DNA from: Rhynchobatus australiae
Taxonomy: Eukaryota
DNA: 63,842 nucleotides
Direction of reading: 5' to 3'
NCBI GenBank assembly: GCA_034780895.1
Contig: JAUZTB010000080.1
Span: forward strand, 10,543,168 to 10,607,009
The position numbers were made by a program, and so were the translations under genes. Under the pieces are notes generated by a model. It did no database searches, had not been told where the DNA came from, and saw only the letters and a program-made list of their open reading frames with translations. Shown here piece after piece: positions 15,941 through 28,132 of this stretch; the first letter of the stretch is position 1; every line of letters begins with the position of its first letter.

Positions 15941-18900
15941 CTCTTTTTTTCTCAAGAAAAATTATGTAGTCCACTGAAGCAACTGTGTTGCACAATTACA
16001 ATCACATCCTCAAAACAAACCACGGATAAAAGCAAATTTCAAAATTCTTTATATATATACCTATTAGAACAACTTTTTGTTTCAGTTTCAATGAAATGAC
16101 TTTTTTTTTTAATATTTTGCTCTGAAATATAAAAAAATTCACCCTTATTATTCCAGCGATGGGGTTACAGTACCAGCTATGGCCAGATCAAGAAATGGAA
16201 ACTCTCCAGCTTATTTGTACAAACTACATAGAGCAACACAATTTGTTAATGAACCAGTGATTTTATTTTTCCTCTCTTAATAAGTACCTATCCTGGTTAC
16301 AGAATGCATAGTTCAGATTTTCATTTTCTAATTAAAAGGCAATGGCACCCACTAATGGGATGATTTCTCCCACCCCCCCCCCCCCCCCCCCCCCCCACCC
16401 CCCCNNNNNNNNNNNNNNNNNNNNNNCAGTATCCCTTTAAACAAATTTTTGCAGGCCATTTTGTTTAAATGATGAAATACATTCATTTTTTTTGATGTGT
16501 GTCAGTCCTGCCTCTCTCTCACTTCTGTTAGAATTTATTTATACATTACAGTGTTGTCACCAGTATTGCAGTAAACCGTAATGTACTCTTGGCCGCTCAA
16601 ACTATTGCGAAGTTCTAAGTTCTGCTTTCCCAAACATAACACTCTCCCTGGTTACAACCCAAGCTGCATAATACTGGGGTGAAGTGCATTACTGCCAGTT
16701 ACAAATCAGTGCTGATAGAGATGGGAACATTTTAAGTGATGAATTAAAACAGCATCACAGAATGTATTGGCTTAAGTACTAGTTTTTTTTGTTTCCTATA
16801 GTGTATTGGCACCATTACGCCAAGTAATTCTAGTGACAACACTGCATTTTCTACACAAACGCGCGCGCACACACACGCACACACTGTATCCCTACAGAAA
16901 TCACTCTCAGCTGCTGAACCCACCTTCAACCCAGAGTAAAGATGGTTTGGATGATGATTTTGTTTTTTTTTGGATGAGGCCAACCAACCACTCCATCAGA
17001 CGGGGATGGCGTGTTCACAGAAGAGAAAATGGCATCAAATTTCTTTCCCCTCCCACCACCCCCTCCCCAATCTCAAAAAAATTATAGATTGATTATCCAG
17101 TTACCTATGGCAACCTATTGAGTGGTCTGCCTCAAAAAAGAATTGAAAGCTTCTTGCCAAACTCAGGCAGGTGAGCCAAGTCTGCAAGTGTTAAACCCAC
17201 TGCCGCCCTGTCCGGGGAGCCAGGCATCCCACTGCATGTGCTACAGGGTTGCCATGCCAATAATTAACAACATAAGAAGCGACAGTCCGATAGCACCAAT
17301 ACTGAACTGGTACCGGGGGCAGGCACGGTAGGAAATCAGATATCCGAATACCAAACAGACCAATTATCCCGACCACCTAGTTCCATATATATTTTGTTTC
17401 TTCAAAACCTATCAAAATACGCACATGCTTAATGTGTGACATATCAGCAAAATCTTCTGCAAATGTTCTAAATTGTTCATTATATAACATTAGGATTCAT
17501 TTATAAAAAAAAATTTGTGAGGGAAAGAANNNNNNNNNNNNNNNNNNNNNNNNNNNNNNNNNNNNNNNNNNNNNNNNNNNNNNNNNNNNNNNNNNNNNNN
17601 NNNNNNNNNNNNNNNNNNNNNNNNNNNNNAGGATTCATTTATAAAAAAAAATTTGAGAAATCCTTGGAACCACGGAATTTAAGATTTTTATATATTTATT
17701 TATATATATTTATATATATATATAATTCACAGTACTATCAGAATAAGTTTTTTTTAAAATCTCTTCCTTCTTGGTTGCCGAATTCTATACTAGTCGAGTG
17801 ATAATTGTAAAGGTTTATGTACAGGTCACTTATCTGCAACTGAAAAATAGTTTCAACTTCTCCTGAGCAGTTCTGATATGCTGCCTCCTTACTGCACTCT
17901 GACTGCTGCACCAATAACCAACTTACACAGGAATCCTGGGCAAGACCACTCTGCAATTTCCACTGAAAGGGGAGGGTGCCTCACTAACTCTGTCCATCAC
18001 ACTGTTGGTGATTAGTTACCCCAGTTTACATGGCACCGCATTTTCTAATGATACCCTGTAAACTCCAACAAAAACAAAGTGTTTATTTTCATTAAATTTT
18101 GTCATGGTGCAGCAAAATAATAGACATCACTCTCTGAGTCACAGCAATTGAATCAGGCAAGTGTAAACAGTGTAATTCAATCTCTTCCCCACCCCACTTC
18201 ATGATGGATTTTTAATGCCTCTTTGTACAACATAGAACAATGCAATAGGTCATCCAAAATGCACCCCGTTTTATGGGCAACCCGAGATTTAATGGCAACA
18301 AGGGGGGAAAGGAGTGGGGTGGAGGGCAGCAACTAGTCTAAAGATGAATGCAATCTATCGTGTAATGAAAAAGGTATCTGATATAGGGAGGAAGGAAGTA
18401 ATAAAAAAAAAACAAGGGATGTTCTGGGAATGCATCACCACATCCTGGAAAGAGTGCAACAGATGGAGAGGATGACGGCCCTTGCCATGCACACAGTTTA
18501 GGTCAAATTATGTGTGCTATTCTAACAAAGATATCCCTAAATTAAACTGTATTAATAAGGATTGAACCCCCCCCCCCCCCAACAACCACACGCCCCCCTG
18601 ACCCCACCCCCCAGCCTTCAAAACAATCCATGAATCTCATTTTCTTTATCTGGTTTTGTGACAATGAACATAAACTCACATGACAAGTTCCTTACAAAAA
18701 GCAATTACTGGTAGTTGTTCCTCTTCCCCAGACTGTGACCCAACTCACCAGGAGAGACAGACAAATATCAGCAACTGAAAGCGCAGCATGCAGCCACTCT
18801 GAGTTTAAACAGCCACAGAGGGGTGTAGAAAAGAGTGAGAAATTAGAAGCAAGTTGCATGCCACATGCAATTCTAGAAAGAATTCTTTACGAGTAGGAGC

Positions 18901-21900
18901 CACTTCTCTCCCCAATCAAAGCCATTAATACAAAAGAAATCTTTAATATAGAGTAAATTCACTGTGCAATATACACACACTGTTGGATTGATGAAATCCA
19001 AAGCTTTCTGATACTGTTTACTTAAAGGAAAATTCCAAAGCTTTGCTGATTGTTTCCCCTTTAAAATTGGGAGTGTATATCAGTCAGATCCTAAGACACT
19101 GATTACTGCAACCACCTGTCATTGGGAAGGGGAGATGGAGGACCATAAAGGCAAGTGTCACAATTGTTTTTGTTACTTAACAATTTTGTGCACGGAAAAT
19201 TATTAAGTCTGCAATCAATCACCCTGAACCTACAAAAAAGGAGAAAGCAAACAATGAACGCACCCTGCAATATCGTTGGAAGAAATAATGGGAGAGCTAT
19301 GTCCTCAATCATACAATATTAACTGAACTGTAATATTCATTCAATATACCAACACCCCTTTGTCACAGCTATTGATTTCCTTTTAAAATAAGATATTCTT
19401 TCAAAAAAGCAGAAATTCTCATCACTGAATTTTTCTTTTTCGTCAAAGTGCGATATCCTTCACAAATCTAAACAGCCAGCTTCAGAAGCACAGCAAAGTG
19501 GCACTGTTCCATCAGAAAGATGTGGCATCCAATTCCCTGCAAAACCCCATTCACCCTAAATGTGGCAAGGTCTTGAATCTTCCTTTCCACCCCCCCCCCC
19601 AAACCCCCAATATTCCTCACACAAAATTTAAAGAATTATAGAAACGATGAACACTATCACCCCAATACAGCCGTGAATACAGATGAACTGTGTAATCAAA
19701 CTAATAGCAGCACAATACATTCCCAACTCATGCAGGTCTTAGGAAAAGGGAAAAGCAGGATGTTAGCAATGCAATCCATACCCAAAGGGAAAGCCTGACA
19801 GTTGCTTCCACATTCCAGTCAACTATACCCGAGCAAAATAACCAAAGATGATGGATGAATTATCACCAACTCTGGTGGGAAATTTGAGAGCAGTTTCTGA
19901 ATCTGATTGTACTAAACCCCTGTTTCATGTAGGGCCCTCATCCTCTACTAACAAATGTGAGAAACAGGTTCCTCCTGATGCTCATGCTGTGGCCCAACCA
20001 TTTACAGACAATAAATAGTACAGGCAGTATAAGACATTAAAATTGCATTTTAACAATATATATAAAAAAAGTAGCATGAGACTACAACCTTCCTGGCTGA
20101 TGACAGGACAAAGACAAGGAATCAAGATACTGAACGCCCCATGAAAGGACTCAATCATGACTAAGTAGATCCAGTTTAAAGTGTGCGGAGCTAGGTATGG
20201 CTGGTGAAATAGGGATCAGTGCTCCTCTAAGTCAGTCAATGGTAACATGCTGGGATCACTTGGATAGTAATGATGATTAAACGGTAAGCTTACATTTGGA
20301 TTTGAGCATCTTTTCAAACATTACTCAGGGACTGCAGTGGATCTGCAACAGACTGCTCAATAACCTTGAGGTTTTAGGCACTCCTTCCAGAAAGGGTAAT
20401 TAGGGCTGTGGGTTGCTTTTGATCAAACCGCCATGAAAGAAAGTATGATATTGCCAGGAGACTGCCAGATCAGAAAGGGCACCAACTGTCTCTCTCCCCC
20501 CTAACCCCACCCCCCCACCCCAAAAAACAGGCCAATGATGGTGGAGTTTAGGTGACACCAACCATAAAGTCGACATCAGATGAAAAAGAAATCGTAAGGT
20601 AACAAGATTTGCTGAAGAGAAACTAATTTTACAAGATGTAAAGGAGAAAGCTAAGTATTTAAAGTGCCATCGCATTCTGCCAAAATAGATTCCCCTTAAT
20701 TAATCGGCATTCTAACACAAGGCAAATTTTGCACTTTTTTCCCCCCAACCCCTCCCAAGAGGTATTTGTAGGAAGTTCCTCTACATTGATTGAAGATCTG
20801 GGAAAAGTAACTGATTGGAAACTCAAGCCGATTCATATTTTCTAATATAGCTGGATTTGGAAGCTGGTTATTGTTCATAGGCTGATGAACAGGAGCAATA
20901 TTTGCGAACACTCACCCCCCTTAACAGACATTTGCCAGTATCTGGTATTTTCAGGTACAGTTGTATGCAGGCATGGAAGTGAATTCCTTACCAGAGTGGT
21001 GAAATTTCTGCCCTGCACTGTGCGCCCCCCCCCCCACCTCCATATACATTACAAAACAATGCAGAATTCAAGAAATTAAGATGTTCAGCAGGGACTGGGT
21101 TGTAGGAGTAACCAGCAGGATAGTCAACAAGGAATGATAAGAACCTATGACAAACAGAAAATGCTGCAGCTGAACAGGAAATTTACTCTTCAGTCATTAT
21201 CTGAAAGAGGTTCAGGATAACAAATTTTAGGCACCATCTGAAACCTATCATTTAAGGTGCTGGGGGCTGTGTATTTGCTACAATTTCTACTTGGCCTTAC
21301 AGGCTTCCTTCATTGCCACTATAATAAGCAGACATTTGTGTGGCTCCCATGGGCAATGTACAGTAGGGCTCTGGCATGTGTGTGCTTTTAAGCAGTGTTT
21401 TACCTTGTTTTAAAGCAGCGTTTTAAAATTCTCAGTTTATCTGCAGACTTTGCTTCTCTCGGGTCTATTGCTGGACGTACATCTGTGATTAGCTGCAGTG
21501 CAAATGCATCTACAGTGGCAAGCCGTAAAACCCACAAGGGTTGTGTGGGGTGGGGGTAATGGCATTCAAGTCCTGCTGCCCAAACCCAGTACAAAAAGGG
21601 TAGTGGTGCACATACTGAGCAAATATTAGCTTAGCAATTATCAGGGATTTTAACATGCATTCAGAAACCACCTCATAAAATAATCATTATATCATCAATA
21701 ATGATATTAAAAACAGAACTTGTTCCAGTTGGGAAGAAATAACAAAGGAAAATCTTTGCAACATAAGCTTCAAATCATTTAGGAGGAACTTCCAAGAAAT
21801 TATTCCACGAAGCGTGATATTTCAGGATAATTGTTATCCTGGAGTGGGTGACCAAGCAATAGAATTGCTGCAGGATACATCTATGTTTTAAAAATTCCAA

Positions 21901-24603
21901 TAATGAAATGGGCAAGGATGAGGTGGGGGGTGGGGGCGAGGTGAAGTGTGATGTGTGCAGTGCTGGAGACTGAAGCCNNNNNNNNNNNNNNNNNNNNNNN
22001 NNNNNNNNNNNNNNNNNNNNNNNNNNNNNNNNNAAGCTGCTAACTACATTAGTGTGAAGTACCAATGCTCAATGCTCAGCTGCCAAATTACAATACTAAA
22101 TGCTGCTGCTCAACATTAAACAGCACCATGCACTACAGCAGTATAGCAGAGAAACTGACCCCTTTTTACTGAGCTCCCCAAATTCCCATCTTTCTGAAGT
22201 AATATAGTACAAAGAGTGGGTCCTGAACAATTTAAATTGCTAGCTTTTCAACCAGGGCATCTGAATATCACACAAAATGCCTTTACCAAAATGGAACAAG
22301 CCAAGATGGTGCACAGAATGGGGAGAAAGTAGGAAACAAATTGTGCTTATTTTTTTATTAATCACTTTCCTCAATTTCACGAAACAATACTCTTCCCTGT
22401 TTGAAAATAATCTTGGCCCTTTCCACAAACCCCGCCCCTCAAAGCACAGATCAATCAGGATAGGGAAGCACATTAAACACCCTGACCCAGGCTAACTGTT
22501 CCCAAACCCTCAATGGATTCACTAATGGCTTTCTTAAAGATTTGGACAAGACAGCAGTAGATGCAAGGCAACTTCACTTGCCACGTGTACTTGAATCTAT
22601 AGGGTGCCCATTTTACAATGGGTCTTTGCACATTTAGAAAGGATTGGTCAAATATTTAATGTCATATTGGGTAAACCACTACCCCCCATCCTATCCATTC
22701 TCTACCTATATTTTCTCCAGGATGAGAAGAGTTGCTTTTGCCAGGCAAACTGAGTGTAAATAAAATTGTGCATGCATATCATTTCTAACCCAAATATTCC
22801 AAAAGGACTGCTAATGAGGTATTACTATTTAAGTTGATTTCTCGTAATTAGACAGGTTTGGAACTGGTGCAACAAATAGACTTAAAAATCTAAATCTCAA
22901 AGTCAAACATCAGCTTTTTTTTATTCCCTCTTAAAAATAAACAACATTTCGGGAACTGGCTTTTCCCCTAAAAATTCCTGAGAACTTTCTTTAAATTTTA
23001 GGAGGAATTAAAATAATAGAAGCAAAACAAAAAGAAAATGCAAACTAAAATAAAAACAACACTGTCAAATGCTCCCAGAGATTTTCATCTAAAAATACGA
23101 AACACATATTTTTGGTCTTTTGTTATCCTGTTTTGATGGAAGAACGGTTCAATGTTTTTTTTTCTGATTTCAGNNNNNNNNNNNNNNNNNNNNNNNNNNN
23201 NNNNNNNNNNNNNNNNNNNNNNNNNNNNNNNNNNNNNNNNNNNNNNNNNNNNNNNNNNNNNNNNNNNNNNNNNTATCCTGTTTAGATGGAAGAACGGTTA
23301 AATGTTTTTTTTTCTGATTTCAGACTTTTCAATGCCTTGGAAAAAGAATAGGACTGTGCCGGCAACATTTGAAAATAAGTATTTAAAAATCAGTTATTAG
23401 AACAGTTCATACAAATTACTCTCAGAGTCCACACTCTCAAAATAGAAATGTGGATTAAGTGCGATGGAGAACAGGTAGCATCACTCCCTAATCCACCTCA
23501 TTTTGGATTAGTCGATATGAATGTTACCTTAGTCAGTGGAGTGAAAGTATTTGCAGCCTTTGGTGACTATTAAAACATCCAGAGTCTCCACTAATGAACA
23601 GAGCATGGGTGGCTGGATCAGATACAGTGCCCAGCGATTTAGTACAGTATCCCCGTTCTTCCAGACCCAAAGGTCATCAGACTATTCAATCAAACCAGAC
23701 AATTCTTTTTTGTTTTAAAAATGCAAGATTCTTCAACGTAATTCAACAATTCGACACAGCCCTAAAGATTATGTAAACAGGACAAGGCCAAACACTTGGA
23801 CACCTCCCTAATATTCAGAATTTTACCACTCCACAAGGTGCTGAAAGATAAGCAAGCACACAGGAGTGAGGCGCATGTGGGTGGGTGGGTGTGCATGTGT
23901 GCATATAAATGTGAGCTAGAACTGGGGAGGAGGGGTGGGGTGGGATAAGCATGGTAAATGCAAAGTGACAACATATTTGTATGAGTGGGGGAAAGGCAAG
24001 GGTTTCTACAGGTTGGCTGGTTGAATCAGAAGCTAGATTACAAGAGCAACTTTTAATTACAGCCACTTTTAGTCACTGAACTGACATGACACCGGTGTGC
24101 CACCACACCCATGGTGAAGACTTTCAAAGAATGATGATTAATTTCCTTCCCTTTCCCTGCCACTGTTTGTCACTGCCCATTACCCATTACCATGCAGCTC
24201 CTTCTCCCTCATACCCATTCTACAATGCTTTACTTTGTTTATAAAGAAAAAAATTAACACTACAGCAAAACACAATGAGGACAATTAAAAAACAGAAAAA
24301 AGGTGCAATACTTATAACAACATTAACAACAATTTTATATATAGTTTTCTAAACAAGTAAATGCTTTTCTCACTAGATTCACCCAAGGGGACTTAAAACA
24401 TGAAGGGTAGGAAATAAAGGAAAGCACACACTGCTTTTAAACTACTAAAGAACATTCATACGTAAACGTTTATAACTTTTATATAGTGATCGACCAGTGA
24501 ACAAAGGTACTGTTCCTCCACTCTGTGTTCGGCATTTATCTACCATTAATTGGGACCCAGTACCAGCCTGTTCAGCAGCAAGACCGTGAGAGTCTGCTAC
24601 TTG

Positions 24604-24605
<2 letters not shown>

Positions 24606-24655
<50 letters not shown>
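24606..24655. repeat. (GT)n microsatellite in the putative 3'UTR
   Basis: About 24 perfect GT units. Confidence 0.97.
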
Positions 24656-24657
<2 letters not shown>

Positions 24658-27309
24658 GTTAAGGATGTGTGCCAGTCTCCAGCACAACTGCTGTATACTC
24701 AATACAACTGATTAAATGATTTGATGCCAGAGTGGGTGAAATCTGTGATAATGTCACTAATGGAAAACTGGACAGGAGACAGACACACACCCATTCATAA
24801 TATGCGCCTGATGTAACATTTTAAAGAAATACACTTTCAGTATCTTTAAATTAAAGTTTAAATTGGACTTTTTGTTCGATGTTGTGGTCACACCAGGTCT
24901 GTTTAGAATCCTAGCTGTGATCCCTTAATGCACGTGCATCATTGCTCTGCATACGCATGCAGACATGCTCAATGTTTGGTGTAAACAAAAAAAAATGCTA
25001 AAGCTATTCCTACACAGTCTGATGAAACCTTAAACCTAGGTTTACAGCAACATTTGTTTGCATACTTCAGGTCAGCAAGTACACAGAATGGCCACAGAAT
25101 GTCTTGCTGTTACAGATGGACTATAATTTCAAAGAAATAACCTGTATGGTTTAGGGAAAGGAGAGTGAGCTGCACACAGCAAGGGTTATTATAGCCGTAA
25201 GCAGGGTTGTCCCCAGAGCTCGGTCCTATTCCAAAATCCCTGTGCAGTTACAGAGAAGCTCTTGTTAAGAGTGGAGATGCCGGGGACTGTGGGATGTAAA
25301 CAGCTGGCTGTAAACCAGTTTCGCAGACTTGTGCCAATGAGGCTTTGTGGGTGGCTACAAGCCATTTTGTGAAAGTGTCAATTTACAGGCAGTACAGGTG
25401 AACGTAGGAAGGCTCAAGCCAGCCAAGCCAATTGGAAAGCTACATTTCTGCTCAAAGATTAAAAAAAAACATAAAACATATACAAAAAGGAGGGAGGACT
25501 ATATTCAAAGGAGTTATTTTTATTAAATTACGGCAACACCTTCATTGGATTAGCTAAGTGTTTTGAATACCTCAAGGGGGAAGAGGACGGGGAAATGACT
25601 GACCCGCCACGAACCCCCTAGTTTACAAAATGATAAAGCTTGTTACAGTACACAATGCAAGTCCCCCCAACACTTTGAAACTGAGTGCAACATGTAAATT
25701 TAACTTGAAAACCTCTACACTAAGTTTTCTAACCTACATTGTCTTTAAGTGCTTATGTCATTTGAGTGTAGCATTCAGAGGGCAGCACAGCCCAGAGGGG
25801 NNNNNNNNNNNNNNNNNNNNNNNNNNNNNNNNNNNNNNNNNNNNNNNNNNNNNNNNNNNNNNNNNNNNNNNNNNNNNNNNNNNNNNNNNNNNNNNNNNNN
25901 NNNNNNNNNNNNNNNNNNNNNNNNNNNNNNNNNNNNNNNNNNNNNNNNNNNNNNNNNNNNNNNNNNNNNNNNNNNNNNNNNNNNNNNNNNNNNNNNNNNN
26001 NNNNNNNNNNNNNNNNNNNNNNNNNNNNNNNNNNNNNNNNNNTGCAATGCTAAACAGTGATGCAGGATAAACTATTGACAGCACATGTAGCGCCAGCAAT
26101 ACAGTGATGAAATGACACCATAAGCAGGGTGATAATATCTTCATCAGCGCATGTTTTTGGGGTGGTCAAGATTGTGCTGTGCTATCACTGGATGCGTTAC
26201 AATTTTCTACAGAAGAATACAGTAACCAAATCTTAAATAGAGCGCAAAATAAGCAGCATTGTAGCAAAGGGCTGGGAACATCTTAATCATCAACTGAAAT
26301 TAGTTAAGACAACCTTTGGTTGGACAAGGGAGGCAATGGGCAAAATTGGAGTGGAACAGCATCTCCTTGGATTAAAGACTATAACTTTCTGGGAAGTGAT
26401 AACCTAAGTCATGCTCAGAGCCTTAATTGACCAGAGGCACCTATGATCCTAATACCACTCTCCACACATCTATCAGGAAGTGGAAGTTAATGCTGTTGAA
26501 ATGCCATTTTTTTCCCCTCCTTAAGATTAAAAGTCTTGCTGTGCCAATGACTTAACAGCCCTTTGCAACCTTGCCCAAGCAGCCATTATTCATCCTTGAC
26601 CCTAGACAATGAGTGTGAACTGGGTATTCAAACACAAGAGGGCACTGCAGCTAAGTTCAACCCTGACCCCACCTCAAAGCCACACATACAAAGGGTTGGT
26701 TGACTGCCATCACAAATGGAAACTATGAATGATTTCTCTTCTGACCCTCCAACCAGCTCGTATATGGTGGTAGTGGGGGGTCATGGAGATCAATTTAAGC
26801 CCTAGCACAGCAGCCTCTGTGCCTGAGAATAGCTAATTCAGCACTGACCAGAAATCAAATGGAACCTCTCTGGTCTGTGTGATTTAGTAGTGGTCCTGGT
26901 GGTGTATTTTGTTGTCAGGGGAGCAGTTTAAGAATCTGTGCTAAATTCCAACCCCACACCATCCCACAATGCAAGTTTGACATTGGTAACTGCCATGCCC
27001 CAGCCCTAAAAGGCTGGCACATACAGCACTGGTACGGGTGCATAGTAATAGCCTGTAACTTGTACATCTAATAAGTGACTGCTAGGCTCAATATCCGTCC
27101 TGGTCAATCACTAGCTTTAATACGTGAGGTTCTGCCGCGTCTCCGCTATTGCATGTCAGAGGACGGAAACGTGCCCAGTGCAAAAAAAAGTTTTTAAAAA
27201 GCCTGTTTTGTGTTTTCAGTAAATAATCCTGTTGCAACAACTTCTCAATACGGAGGGGGAAAAAAAAGATCATGTAAGGAAAAACTATACTACCTTTTTA
27301 AAAAACTTA

Positions 27310-27315
27310 TTTATT
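27310..27315 (-). terminator. Candidate proximal TNRC6B polyadenylation signal
   Basis: AATAAA about 450 nt after the stop, with U-rich sequence downstream. Confidence 0.4.
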
Positions 27316-27762
27316 GTGTGATGGTAAAGTGTACTTCACATTTTTAATGTTGGCGTTCATGATTCAAGTATTTTGAAGTGTGATATGTTTTTTTTTGTTG
27401 TTGTTGTNNNNNNNNNNNNNNNNNNNNNNNNNNNNNNNNNNNNNNNNNNNNNNNNNNNNNNNNNNNNNNNNNNNNNNNNNNNNNNNNNNNNNNNNNNNNN
27501 NNNNNNNGTTTTTTTTTGTTGTTTTTTGTTTTTTATTTTTTTTGATTAAAAAAAAGTAGCCGAAAATTAGGAGGGAGGTGTCTATGTGCACAAAAGAGAC
27601 TGTGGATGACCCCCTTAATTTGTTTCACTTTTTTCTTTTTTTTCTCCTTTTTTTTCTTTAAACTTGTCTTGAAACTTATTGCAGTTTGAAAAAAAAACAC
27701 ATTAGTGCTGCTGTTCAAAAAAGTTCACGAGGTCACAGGTCAAAGGTTGAAAGCTTAAAAGT

Positions 27763-28132
27763 TCAAATTGAATCAGCCCCTCCACCCAGGAGGTCGCCAG
27801 GTAGTAGGGGTGCTGGACTGCCCATTCGGTGCGAATCGTCGGAATTTGGGGCCCCCCACAAGCTTGCCGTGTAGCTTGGGGTTGCCCAAAGCGAGGCTCC
27901 CGCCAAGTTCCCACTACCCCTGCCCACTCCTCCGGCACTGTTCCACTGTCCCAGGCTGGCCCGGCCACCGAACGAATGCAGGCTGCTCCCAACCGGATCC
28001 ATCTGACTCTGTCCTGTCTCCAGCGTCTGCCAGCCTGGGGAAGGTGTTGATAACTGACCTTGTGCAAAATAGCGGTTGACTTCCTCTTCACTGACAAACT
28101 CAGCAAGGATGGTAGTGTTCCCCAACACACAC
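27763..28132 (-). CDS. TNRC6B: TNRC6B last coding exon ([24 protein letters not shown]...[14 protein letters not shown])
   Basis: ctgcag|GTGTGTG acceptor; overlaps ORF 27763-28128; TGA at 27763-27765. Confidence 0.96.

Larger units (their letters stand above)
15910..27762 (-). other. TNRC6B: Putative very long (~11.8 kb) TNRC6B 3'UTR
   Basis: AT-rich and almost free of the LINE/SINE relics that fill the introns. Many miRNA seed matches. Ends at AATAAA (15935-15940) followed by a GU/U-rich element (~15880-15901). Mammalian TNRC6B also has a >10 kb 3'UTR. Confidence 0.72.
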
